From the NCBI GenBank assembly GCA_951406725.2, contig OX597824.1, positions 51,088,001 through 51,152,000 of the forward strand: a stretch of 64,000 nucleotides of DNA, given 5' to 3'. How positions within the stretch are numbered: position 1 is the stretch's first letter; every line of letters begins with the position of its first letter. Source of the stretch: Octopus vulgaris. Its lineage: Eukaryota. Shown here piece after piece: positions 14,709 through 26,112 of this stretch. The notes under the pieces are model-generated. The model had not been told where the DNA came from. It made no database searches and was given only the letters and a program-made list of their open reading frames with translations. The position numbers and the translations under genes are program-made.

Positions 14709-14710
<2 letters not shown>
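14559..14710 (+). mobile_element. SINE family A, 5' half (3' half at 18271-18487)
   Basis: ataggcgcagg..tggtaagacacttgcttcccaaccacatgg..gaaagaagcctgtcg. Confidence 0.85.
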
Positions 14711-14740
<30 letters not shown>

Positions 14741-15999
14741 CGAGGGGTGTCTGAAAAGTCTTGAGCCTCAAAAAAAAACATAGTACAAGACTTCTGATGA
14801 TTTATTTTTCAGCATAGTCCCCTTTGATGGCTGAAAACTTTCTCCTGCGGTGCTGAAGTGACATTATCCCGGCGTAGAGGAACTCTTTTGTTTGAGACTC
14901 TAAGAAACTTCCTACAGTGTCTATGACGTCATTGTCAGTGGCAAAATGGCAACCAGCCAGGACTTTTTTCATTTTTTGGAATATATGAAAGTCAGAGGGG
15001 GCTAAGTCTGGCGAATAAGGTAGATGGGGAACAAGTTCGTATCCATAATCACGAATTGTTGCCATGGCAACCACTGAGGTGTGGGCTGGAGCATTGTCGT
15101 GATGAAAAAGGACTCATCTGGTGAGCATTCCCGGCTCTTTTTCCTTGATTGCTTCCTGGAGGCATTACAGTAGCTGAGAATAATACAGTCCTGTTACGGT
15201 GTGACCCTTTTCAAGGTAATCGATCAGCAAGACACCTTGAGAATCCAAAAAAAACTGACGCCATGACCTTGTCAGCTAAAGTAATGACCTGACCTTCTTT
15301 GGGGCAGGAGAAGATGTGTGCTTCCACTGCTTTGATTGTTCTTTGGTTTTAGGCTGGTAGTGATGAACCAAACTTTCGTCCGTAGTAATAAAACGAGCAA
15401 GAAAATTCTCTTCATCGGCTTCAAACAGTTCCAGTTTGCTCGTGGACAAAGTGCACCTGGTGCGTTTCTATTCGGGAGTCAAAAGGCGAGGGACCCACCT
15501 TGCAGAAACCTTTGAGAACCCAAGTTCTTTTGTCACAATGTTGTCTCCTCTTTCATTTGAGATGCCCAGTCTCTCAGCTATCTGGCGACATGATATTCGA
15601 TGATATTGCATTATCATACCAAGAGCAAGGTCAATGTTGTCCTCGTTGGTTGCAGTTGGATGCCTCCTGCCACGCTGGAATTCATTTACCCAGAGTTTGA
15701 CTGTTGCATATGAAGGAGCATTGTCTGTTAAGGTTCTCACCATATCTTCATGGATTTCTGATGGAGTCATGCCTTTCAAATGAAGGTACTTTATGACAGC
15801 ACGATACTCAGTTTTCTCCAATTTCCTTGTAACCTCGACACTTGTTTATTCAAAAATCTGTAACAAAAAAAATTAAAATATCAGAATCATGAAAATGAGC
15901 AACAATACTCCGAAAAGACTGTACTTACCAGAAAAAATTGTTTCAGCTACCTGGCAGCCCCGTTTCTAGGTTCGGCTTAAAACTTTTCCTACACACCTC

Positions 16000-16000
<1 letters not shown>
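14741..16000 (-). mobile_element. mariner transposon (irritans/Himar1-like), disrupted transposase
   Basis: MEKTEYRAVIKYLHLKG..WVPRLL and PYSPDLAPSDF hallmark motifs; TIRs cgaggggtgtctgaaaagtcttgagcc / ggcttaaaacttttcctacacacctcg; inserted in (TA)n. Confidence 0.95.
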
Positions 16001-16035
<35 letters not shown>

Positions 16036-16040
<5 letters not shown>

Positions 16041-16243
16041 ATCCAAACAAGAAAACACAAAGAGAAAACACAACAAGGCGAGGACGTGGAACAAGTATAT
16101 TATTGGACGCTCAGGAAAGAAGGAAAGAAGTAGGGTTTAACATTTCGAGCGGAGCTCTTCGTCAGAAACATAGGAAAAGGAAAGATCCAAAGAAGGGAAG
16201 GCAGAGGAAAAAATCGCCAACGGTACACACGCGGTCACATTTT
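16036..16243 (-). mobile_element. short hammerhead-bearing repeat (Penelope pLTR-like), also at 45500-45685 and 60940-61133
   Basis: Three homologous ~200-bp copies beside (TA)n sharing gttt-CYGACGA-agagctccgctc-GAAA. Confidence 0.75.
16135..16169 (-). ncRNA. minimal type I hammerhead ribozyme motif
   Basis: gttt-CTGACGA-a-gagc tcc gctc-GAAA-tg-TT-aaac: stems I and II pair. Confidence 0.7.
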
Positions 16244-16723
16244 GAATGTGAATATATTTTGAATAATTTCAGCAAAACAATTAAGATTCAAATGAATTCA
16301 AATGAATATGGTACTTAACTAAGATGCACCAGAATTCCTTATGGTATTAACCATAAAATTATGTGGGGTGATTATAACCAAGAAAATGGATTTATATCTG
16401 CATCTTTATGGATGGATTTACCTTCCCTGAGAAGTTAATAATCATTTTAAAAACTTTTTTTTTAAACTGTGCATTGTTGGAAAACATATAAAGTCTGCTA
16501 ATAATCTTACTTCAAATTCATAGAACTCACTCCTAATACTTCATAAGGATATTTACACTCTCTAGGATGTTTGGAAAACATATATGTGATTTAGCTGATG
16601 AATACTTGACATTATATTTGCTGTAATATTTGCAGCTTTAAATAAAATGTTCTTAGTATGAAACAATTGTACTAAACTACTGATCCATTCTTGTTACTTT
16701 TTTCTTGGTTATATATATATATA

Positions 16724-18001
16724 TGCGATGGGTAAATTGTCACCCTATTATATTTTTAATTTTAATTTCGCGCATGCGCAATGTTTGTTTTTGATTTTGT
16801 TGACTACACAGTATAGTTGGGTTAGCTGCGTACCGTCTGGGAGAAAAACAGCACCATGACGCAATTCACTCTGTCAGAAACGACATGGTATACTGCTCGG
16901 CATTCACGCTGGAAGCGCCAATGCGAACATTTTAGAGTGTTTGGGTGTGTCAGTCGGAGGACAGTGTTGACGATTCGGAAAGAGTTGAATTAGTCTAATG
17001 GTGATTACGAAGGCGCGGCAGCTCTGATAACTCTCTCTGATCGTTCTGATAAGAAAATAACTCCTGAATTTGTTGGTGAGATCCTGGCCATGATTAAAAA
17101 CAGTCCCTCCGAGTCAATCAGGACCATCACCAGGGACATGGGAATGTCTGAGTTTCTTTTCAGGCAGGTAGTGTATGACGACATTCAGTATTCCTCATAC
17201 AAGATGATAAAGGGCTAATTTTTATCCCAAGATATCAAAGACAAGAGGAAAGACCGCGTTACAAATTTTTTCAACAAACTCAAACATCCCCTCCAACCGA
17301 ACATGCTTTGGTTTTTCTCAGACGAGAAAATTTTCTGCCAGGATCAGATGGTGAACACAAGGATCAACCGTTGGCTTGCCGAGTCTCCAAAACATGTACT
17401 GAGAATGATAAAAATCAAACATCCAGTCAACATCATGGTGTTTGGAGTGACCACTAGTGATGGCGACGTCAAGCCTCAATTCAACTTGCCACACGGCCTC
17501 AGATTCAACACGGAGGCCTACATCAGATGTCTGGAGGAGGTAGTGCTGCCCTGGGTCTAAAGGGTAGTTGTTGCAAGACCCTATGACTGGCAACAGGACT
17601 CTGCACGATGCCACACAAGCAGGAGAACCAGTCATGATTTCTGTGAGCACATCACCACTAACATCTGGCCACCTAATTCTCCACACTTCAACACCCTTGA
17701 TTATTATGTGTGGGTGCAGTTGAGCGAGATACCAACAAAACTCCTTCTAACACAAAAGAGGAGCCGAAGGCAAGCATTATGGCGGCATTCATCACCTTAA
17801 ACACAGAGATCGTCCAGAAGAGTTGCAGATTACGAAATCGACTGAAGGCCTTAGTTGAAGCTAATGGCGATTTTATTGAAAAAATTTACTCTTTAGTATT
17901 TCAAGATATTTTTATGTAATTTTGATAAATATATCTTTTAAAATGAGATGTCAGTGTTATTTTCATTTTTGCGTGATTTAGACGACAATCTATTCACCGC
18001 A
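16724..18001 (+). mobile_element. Tc1/mariner superfamily maT (DD37D)-like transposon, decayed
   Basis: WFFSDEKIF..MVFGV..SDG..WQQDSARCH..WPPNSPHFNTLDYYVW; TIRs tgcgatgggtaaattgtcacc / gacgacaatctattcaccgca. Confidence 0.88.
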
Positions 18002-18045
18002 CACTGTGTGTGTGTTTCTGTGTGCGTGTGTGTATATATACATAC

Positions 18046-18077
<32 letters not shown>

Positions 18078-18085
18078 ATATATAC

Positions 18086-18154
<69 letters not shown>

Positions 18155-18196
18155 CATACATATATACATATATGTACATATATATATATATATATA

Positions 18197-18252
<56 letters not shown>

Positions 18253-18270
18253 TATATACATATATATTTA

Positions 18271-18487
18271 TGTGTGTGTGTCTTTGAGTCTTTGTTCCCA
18301 CCATCGCTTGACAACCAATGTTGGATTTGTTTGCGTCCCTGTAACCTAGCGGTTTAGCAAAATTGACCCCTAGAATAAGTACTAGGCTAACAAAGAATAA
18401 ATCCTGGGGCCGATTTCTTCGACTAAAACACCCTTTAAGGTAGTGCTCCAGCATGGCCGCAGTCAAATGACTGAAACAACTAAAAGG
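18271..18487 (+). mobile_element. SINE family A, 3' half
   Basis: ccatcgcttgacaacc..agaataagtactaggct..cagcatggccgcagtcaaatgactgaaac. Confidence 0.9.
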
Positions 18488-18502
18488 ATAGCCAATACCA
18501 AT

Positions 18503-18655
18503 ACATGACCTGGTGGTCAGGCTATTGCACTTCCGATCGCGAAATCGTGGTTTTGATTCCCAGTCCGGTCGAGCGTTGCTTTCTTGAGACAAAATATTTT
18601 ATTTTACGTTGCTTCAGTCCATTCGGCTGTAAATGGGAAACCTTGTGACGGATTA
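18503..18655 (+). mobile_element. degenerate tRNA/CORE-like SINE
   Basis: tggtcagg..ggttttgattccc head, then ttattttacgttgcttcagtccattcggctgtaaatggg, similar to 32113-32230. Confidence 0.6.
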
Positions 18656-19052
18656 GTGTGCAAGTGTGTGATGGCGACTCTTGAAAATCACCCGAAAGGA
18701 AGGCTCGCAAGCCTCATTTGTATCCAGCAATCGATGAACAATCAAAAGGGGGAACAAATCAATACTGTGAATCCCGAATGACTGGGATTGGTTGTTCAGC
18801 TATGTTGTAGGTTGAATGAATGATGTAGATAGATAGATAGATAGATTGACATATATAAATATATAGATATATTTCTTGTCTGCCTTTGTATCGTCTAGTG
18901 TCCAGACGTTTTATTGTCCTCTATTGCATATTTGTTCCATTTTTTATATTTATATATATTTATGTGTGTATGTGTATATATATATATGTATACACACACA
19001 CACACACACATACACACACACACACATATATATATATGTGTGTATATATATA

Positions 19053-19083
<31 letters not shown>

Positions 19084-19090
19084 GTGTGTG

Positions 19091-19127
<37 letters not shown>

Positions 19128-19235
19128 TGGCCTGCTCGCTTAGCCAGCGGGGTGGCGTCATTTGAAGGCTAAAACAATGCGAAGGCATTGTGACCAGCGA
19201 TGTGTAACAACATCTGATGGTCTGGTCGATCACGG

Positions 19236-19322
<87 letters not shown>

Positions 19323-19346
19323 TATTTATCTGCATGTATATGCACA

Positions 19347-19984
19347 CTAGCAGCTAAGCCCGGTTTCACCCGGTCGGTTTGAATAATGTGGATATAAAAC
19401 CTGCTCTGTGTAAGCATTCAACTTGTTTGGGCGCACTTACGTTAAAAAACTATTTTGAAATGACGTTTTTCTGCCAAAACGCTAAATATAACTGACCAAT
19501 AAAAAAAAACAAGATTCAACCAAATCAAAGAATAAACCAAAATACTAAGCGAACAAAGATGAACCATCCCATTTCCATTGCACGTGCGCACGCACACACA
19601 CACACGCACACAAGCACATACACACACATGCACATATTCACATACCCTTCTTTTACATACGCACACGCATATATATTCACACAGAGTTGAAATTTTGTTT
19701 GATTTATTTTTTCAGCGTACAATTTTCATCATCCCACTACCAAGTATGACATCACCCCTTCCTTCCTTATTCATCTATCACCCTTTCCTTTCTCATTCAT
19801 AAACACAAGAGTATTATTATAGTAGATTATCTCGGTAATCATGGGAGCTATGAAAAATACAAAGCCCAGCATCACCACAGGGTCATTCTACACATCTGTA
19901 ATTTTTTGCGCAATTCCACCCAGCCGTTTGACCGTCAATCTCAAGACACGAAAGAATACCCCATCTCAAATTTATATGTATAGA
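19347..19984 (-). mobile_element. non-autonomous Helitron
   Basis: Minus strand starts A|TCTATACATATAAA and ends with hairpin ccgggtgaaaccgg..gCTAG|T; a second TCTACTATAATAA-type 5' end lies near 19826. Confidence 0.75.
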
Positions 19985-20685
19985 TGTATGAGGTGCAATC
20001 AGAGGAGCTAGAAATGGCTGCTGCTTACAGAATGTTGTTTATTTATCAATCTCGGAATCGGGAAAAGCAGAATGGAGCTAGTTAGAAATCGAACTCTGAA
20101 GTCGGAGGGACATAAGAAAATAGCTGAAATATTTTGCACAAATATCTACCGATTCTACGAAAATGTAGATGAGAAGGGGAGGGGGTCTTAACAGAAAGAT
20201 CTGGGGAAGGAGAAACACTGAAGGGGATATAAAAAAAAAACATCCAAACAGCGACAGAAATGGAAGGACAAAAATATCAGTTAAAATTCTTAAATATCAC
20301 AAATATTTACAATAGAATATTTTCCCGTAATATTTACATATAGTTTTATTTATTATTATATATATGTATACTTTTTGTTTTCAAATGGATTGATGAATTG
20401 ACTGACTGAGTGACTGACAGGCTGGCCTGTTGCACGGTTGGTGTAGTTTTGAAACATATTTTCATTCAAGTGATGGGAGTGGCTGCAGCTGTGATTCAAT
20501 AAATACCAGGAAATAATCCAGGTGGGAATCAAACAACAAAGAAAGCGGTGGATTCTTTGATGAAACATTTAACATACACACATATATATGTGTGTGTATA
20601 TATATATGTATACACACACAGACACATACACGCACACATATAGAGACATACACACATACATTTATATAACTTACCTATTTTTATG

Positions 20686-20755
<70 letters not shown>

Positions 20756-21409
20756 GCATGCATGTATATGATTGTGTTTATGTATGCATTTACGTATGAG
20801 TGCCTGTATGTATGTGTATGCATCTATTTATATAAATATATGCATATCTATGGAGGAAATTAAAAAGCTATGAAACAACAAGGTAAAAGAGAAAGAATTT
20901 TAAAAAAAGGATGAAAAGGAAAGTTAATTTTTGCAAATGAAGAACAAAAGCTTTGATATCAGATTAAACAAAATATAAGAAACCACAATGGCATCGGCAA
21001 TAATAAATAGTAATAAACAAATGAAGACAACAACAAAATAATCAGGAGAAAAATAGAAAGAATAAGTGAAAGAAAACAATGGAAATGGAATGAAAATAGA
21101 AGAAAAAACATTTAAGTCGACTAAAAATAAACCAAAGATGGCGTAAAGAACTAAGGAATAGATTATCAACAATTGCCGACATTGAAATTAATAATAAATA
21201 CATAACTCACACTCTCCCTCCTTCTATTTTTCTCACTCCCCTTTTGTCTCTCACCCTCCCATTCTCTCTCTGCCCTCTCTCTCACACACTCCTTCTCTCT
21301 CCATATATATATATATATTTAGGCATAGATTATATATATATACTTATATTTATACATATATATAGATTTTATATATATATACATATATATCTTTGATATA
21401 TTTAATATC

Positions 21410-21890
21410 TTTTAAGTGTTTCAGCTTTACAGCTGTGGTCGTGCTGGGGCACCACCGTTTGCTGTGCTACACCATTATTTGAAACCTCCTCTGGTGTGGC
21501 ATTTGGTGAATGAAGGAGTTTGATGCCGCTGCCCTCGTCTTTGTTTCCTGCCATGAGGTAGGCTCATCTGGAGCCCTTAACTCGAGGAGATCCAATTTTT
21601 GTTTTGATGACACCTACATCTACACCATTCAGATCTCTCGCCCTTTTTGAAAGCATATTGAAGAGCTATGGGCCCTTAAACCAAAGCTGCTGCAGTATCT
21701 GGTCTTGTATTTTGATGGAGATGCTAGGAATTTTGGCACTATGCAGTGGCGCCTCGTTCTGCTATTTGCATAAGTTTCAATGCCAAAGTTTGGTACAAGG
21801 CCTTCCAGGATTTTCTAGATGTATATAACTGCATATATTTTCTGCCTTCGTTCTAAGGAGAAGAGTTTTAACTCTTTCAGTCTTTCCCGA
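21410..21890 (-). mobile_element. 3' end of a CR1/L2-group LINE
   Basis: Minus translation KILEGLVPNFGIETY..RHCIVPK..GP*LFNML..PDEP is typical of the CR1-group ORF2 C-terminus; the tail resembles the SINE A tail. Confidence 0.75.
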
Positions 21891-22049
21891 TAGATGATAC
21901 GTTGCATTGAGACTATTTTCTTAGTGTAGTTTTGTTGGAATGCTTCGAGTTCCGCCGTTAATTTTATTTTCTTTTTTGACCATAGTTGGGAGCAATGGTT
22001 CCCGCGGCTTAGGACGTAAGCCCTCTAAAGTACCATCACAGTCTCCTTT

Positions 22050-22860
22050 TCTCTCATTTTGAAAGTTCGGAGATCCATCGAGCTAGGCACCTGCATTTTA
22101 TTACCAAATTGGTAATATGCACCTGGAAAGATGTATCATCGCTCATGTCAATGCCCAGGTCACGCACTTATTTTCATTCGGGGATTGCAATCCCTCCCGG
22201 ACCAGTGCACCATGTCTGCATGATGTTCGGCTTTGTGTGCTAGTAATGCAGGGCTTGGAATTTTCCTGCACTAAACTGCGAGTTGTTGTCTTCAGCCCAA
22301 CTATATATTGCGTCCAATTCCTGTTGCAGATGCGCATCTGGACATTTTAGCTGATCCCTAATCTCATTTTGTGCATGTGATATACAGCTGTTATGTAGTT
22401 TGATGAATTGTGCTTAGTAGATATTGTTGAAAGTATATGATAGGCCATTCAATAGTGGTTTGAATCATTGATAAATTCCTGCCTCAATACCAATAACTCG
22501 TATCTCAGTTAGCTTCCAAATGAGCAACCCAAATGTTGGCATGGGGATTGGTACGGCAAGCATATCGTGGGCCACTGATGTATTGAATGCAGATAGTTAT
22601 GAGCTCCATGTTTGTAATCTATCCAAGTGTTATATTTCCAGGTTTCGCGTTCCTAGTTCCGACTTCCATCATATGATATATTTTTCATCTGTATAATTAT
22701 TGCTACTAATAGCATCCCTTATCAGATATCGAAGAAATTGTCAGACCATTTAGATGTTATTAGACTAACTTTCAGATTTCCCTAACTTTGCCAAACTCCA
22801 TCTTGGCCAAACTTCATCTTTATATCATTTGAGAATGCCATATTCAATTCAAGGTACATG
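22050..22860 (-). pseudogene. highly decayed R4/Dong-like reverse transcriptase remnant
   Basis: Fragments FSNDIKMKFG and LSAFNTSVAHDMLAVPIPMPTFG resemble R4-clade RT motifs; many stops and frameshifts. Confidence 0.5.
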
Positions 22861-23995
22861 GTCATACCAAAACAATTTCATGTCGTAATATGTGGGAATC
22901 TATACATAAATATACATATATATTTTCACAATTTTTGAGTAGATTTCGAAGTTAAGAATGTTCTGGAAAATTGTATACCTCTACATAAAATTTTTAATGT
23001 GCTAAGAAATACTTTAATTTTACTTGTTCTACCCAATTTTGGTTTTGTTTCTTAAATGCAAATAGAAGATACAAATTTGGTTTGATATCAAAAGGAAGAT
23101 CTTTACCAAGCTATTGTTACAAATATCAATTTTTTACCACCTGTAAAAAATAAGTATTGTACAAGACAATGCCTGTTACTATTCTTTTATTACATATTGT
23201 TGCGAAGCCTTTTAAACCTCTCGTTTTAAGCTAATTTAAGCATCTTTCTCGTTGAAAATTTCAATTCTACCGCTAAACTTAGCTACAGTTTCTCTCTTTC
23301 TTTTCTTTGTCTATTTTACTTCATAGTAAGACTTTATTTAATGGTGGTGGAGCTGTAGCGAGTAAGAATAAAGAATTATGTATTGAATTATTTGAAGCAC
23401 TAACAAAGTCTTCACAATGAGACGAACACATAGTACATTGCGCTCGGGTATTATATATTTCAGAAAGGTTTTGTTGTCTCCTAATGAGAAACAATACATC
23501 GCCAATAAATTTGGTCGGTAAATAAACTTTATTGATATTGCTATTTCTACTGATAAAAGTAAAACCAATAACCTGATCGCTATAGAGATATCATTTCTTT
23601 TTTATCTGCATAACCGGTATTCATTGTATAGAAATAATTGACGAAGCCGGTCATAGCAGGTTTATCACACAAAATATCACAAAACGATTATAGAAGTACT
23701 GTAAATCCTAAAGATACTCTTGATAACTCAGAGTGTGGCAAAAGGCGAAATTGGCAGAATGTTGGCCAAATGCTTTGTGTTATTCACTTACGGTTCTTTG
23801 CATTCCGTAAAAGTGATGTAGCAACCAGGTACTAAATTCAATATGAAAAGTACAGTTCTGTATTTAAGAGATAAGGAATTATGTACATTATTTACATTAT
23901 TTACATTTGACTGATATTTGTTATCATCTTATTTGTTGTGAACACAACGTTTTGGCTGATATAACCTGGGTTCTCATTCCTAAGGTATTTTTCGA

Positions 23996-24238
<243 letters not shown>

Positions 24239-24284
24239 TAGAAAATACCTTAGGAATGAGAACTCATGTTCAAAATTTCCCCAA

Positions 24285-24331
24285 GACACCTGATGAAGGC
24301 GGGGAGGGTATATCAGCCGAAACGTTGTGTT
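24285..24331 (+). ncRNA. minimal type I hammerhead ribozyme motif
   Basis: gacac-CTGATGA-a-ggcgg..cagcc-GAAA-cg-TT-gtgtt. Confidence 0.75.
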
Positions 24332-24407
24332 AATAACAAACAAAATGCGGACAAATATCCGTCAAACGTAAATAATATAAATAATGTTCAACATAAAAAG
24401 GCTTCAA

Positions 24408-24620
24408 AGGGGCGAGTCAGCAGGATCCTTAGCAAGCCAGGTAAAATGCTTGGCGACATTTCGTCCGTCTTTGCGTTTTGAGTTCAAATCCCGCCGTGGA
24501 CCGCTTTGCCTTTTTTCTTTTGGGGTCGGTATAATAAGTACCAGTCAAGCACTGGGGTCGATGTAATCAACTTACCTCCTCCCCCGAAATGGCTGGCCTT
24601 GTGCCAAAATTTGAAACCGA
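24408..24620 (+). mobile_element. SINE family B
   Basis: ggggcgagtcagcaggatccttagc..gagttcaaatccc..aagtaccagtcaagcactggggtcgatg. Confidence 0.85.
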
Positions 24621-25654
24621 TATAAAAGATCTTTACCTAGCACTAAAAGTAAGTTGGCACAGTATGTGAAACATCATTATCATTATCATTATCATTGTTG
24701 TTATTGCTTCACACTTTCATACCAACCTGCCTGAGGCCAACTTTTGTTCTATGATACAAATTCCAGCTTTAAGTGTTCTAAATTAAAACCTTCCCTCAAA
24801 ATTTAATGTTTATTTTTGTTCCAAATACCAGCATAACAATGACAACGTTATTTTGCTAAATTATTCATCATTTTCAAAATTAATTGAAACCAAGGCTAAT
24901 TATTTCCTTAGACATATGGTAACGAAAGGGTTAAGTACATGCCAGATCTGAAAGAGTAGAACTATCATCAAAGATATTCCGGTTATGACCACTTCGTCTT
25001 TTTAAAATTATGCAAGACTATATTGTAGATTTTCTTCACTTAAGACAGTAGGATATAATTTCATGGAATATTGCTGTTTTCTAGCTCCTCGATTTCGTCA
25101 GCTTATTCAATTTTCAATGATATTGTGGGTTATTTGAGTATTTTTCGACTCTTAATTCTAGCAACGCTGGTACTATCATATACCCTTAATTATAAATTTA
25201 TAAATTTACCTTTTTGGTTTTTATACTTGCTAGCCACTTATATTATTATCTTTTATTAATAATAATATATTTATATGTGTGTGTGTGTAAACTTTTTCTT
25301 ATTTCAGACTGCAGCCATGCCCGAGCACCACCTGGAAGGATCTTTAATCGAACGAATGGAAACCGGTACATATCTTTTAAAAGCCCTGTATTTATTCTGT
25401 CAGCCCTTTGGCCGAACCGTTGCCACCAACATCGGTAGTCAAGCGGTGGTGGGGGACAAACACACTCAAAGACACATATATAAATATCTACTTAAGTATA
25501 TACATGCCTCATTCTATTTCTGTCCTTCTCTCTCTTTATCTCTCCCTCTCTCCCTCTCTCTCTCTCTCTCTCTCTACTCACATTCTTTGTTTTCTCTCCT
25601 TATAGCTAGCCACTACACATTCTTTATTTTCTCTCCTTGTTTCTTTCTATGTTC

Positions 25655-25690
25655 CTTTCCGTGAAAGAGCGTAGGCTCGAAACGTTAAAG
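25655..25690 (+). ncRNA. hammerhead-like motif with decayed core
   Basis: cttt-CCGTGAA-a-gagc gtag gctc-GAAA-cg-TT-aaag; stems intact, core mutated. Confidence 0.5.
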
Positions 25691-25789
25691 ACTTCTTCAC
25701 TTCCTGAGCGTTAAACATGTTTGTTGTCTACACCACCTGTCTTCGTCTTTTATTTTTTGTGAATCCTCCCCATATATATTCTTTATTTT

Positions 25790-26112
25790 ATTTAGTCGAA
25801 CAAAACGACACCAGACTTATTCTTTGTAAGTTTGGTACTTATTCTAGCGGTCTCTTTTGCCGAACCGCTAAGTTATGGGGACGTGAACACACCGACATCG
25901 ATTGTCAAGCGATGGCGGGGGGACAAACATGGACACACAAACACACACACACACACACCACACATATATATATACGACAGGCTTCTTTCAGTTTCCGTCT
26001 ACCAAATACACTCACAAGGTTTGAGTTGACCCAGGCTATAGTAGAAGATACTTGCTCAAGGTGGCACGCAGTGGGTCTGAAACCGGAACCATGTTGTTGG
26101 TAAGTAAGCTAC
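25790..26112 (-). mobile_element. SINE family A body; its 5' end lies at 28272-28313
   Basis: Continuous homology to the full copy up to ..ttggtaagtaagctac, resuming at 28272. Confidence 0.9.
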
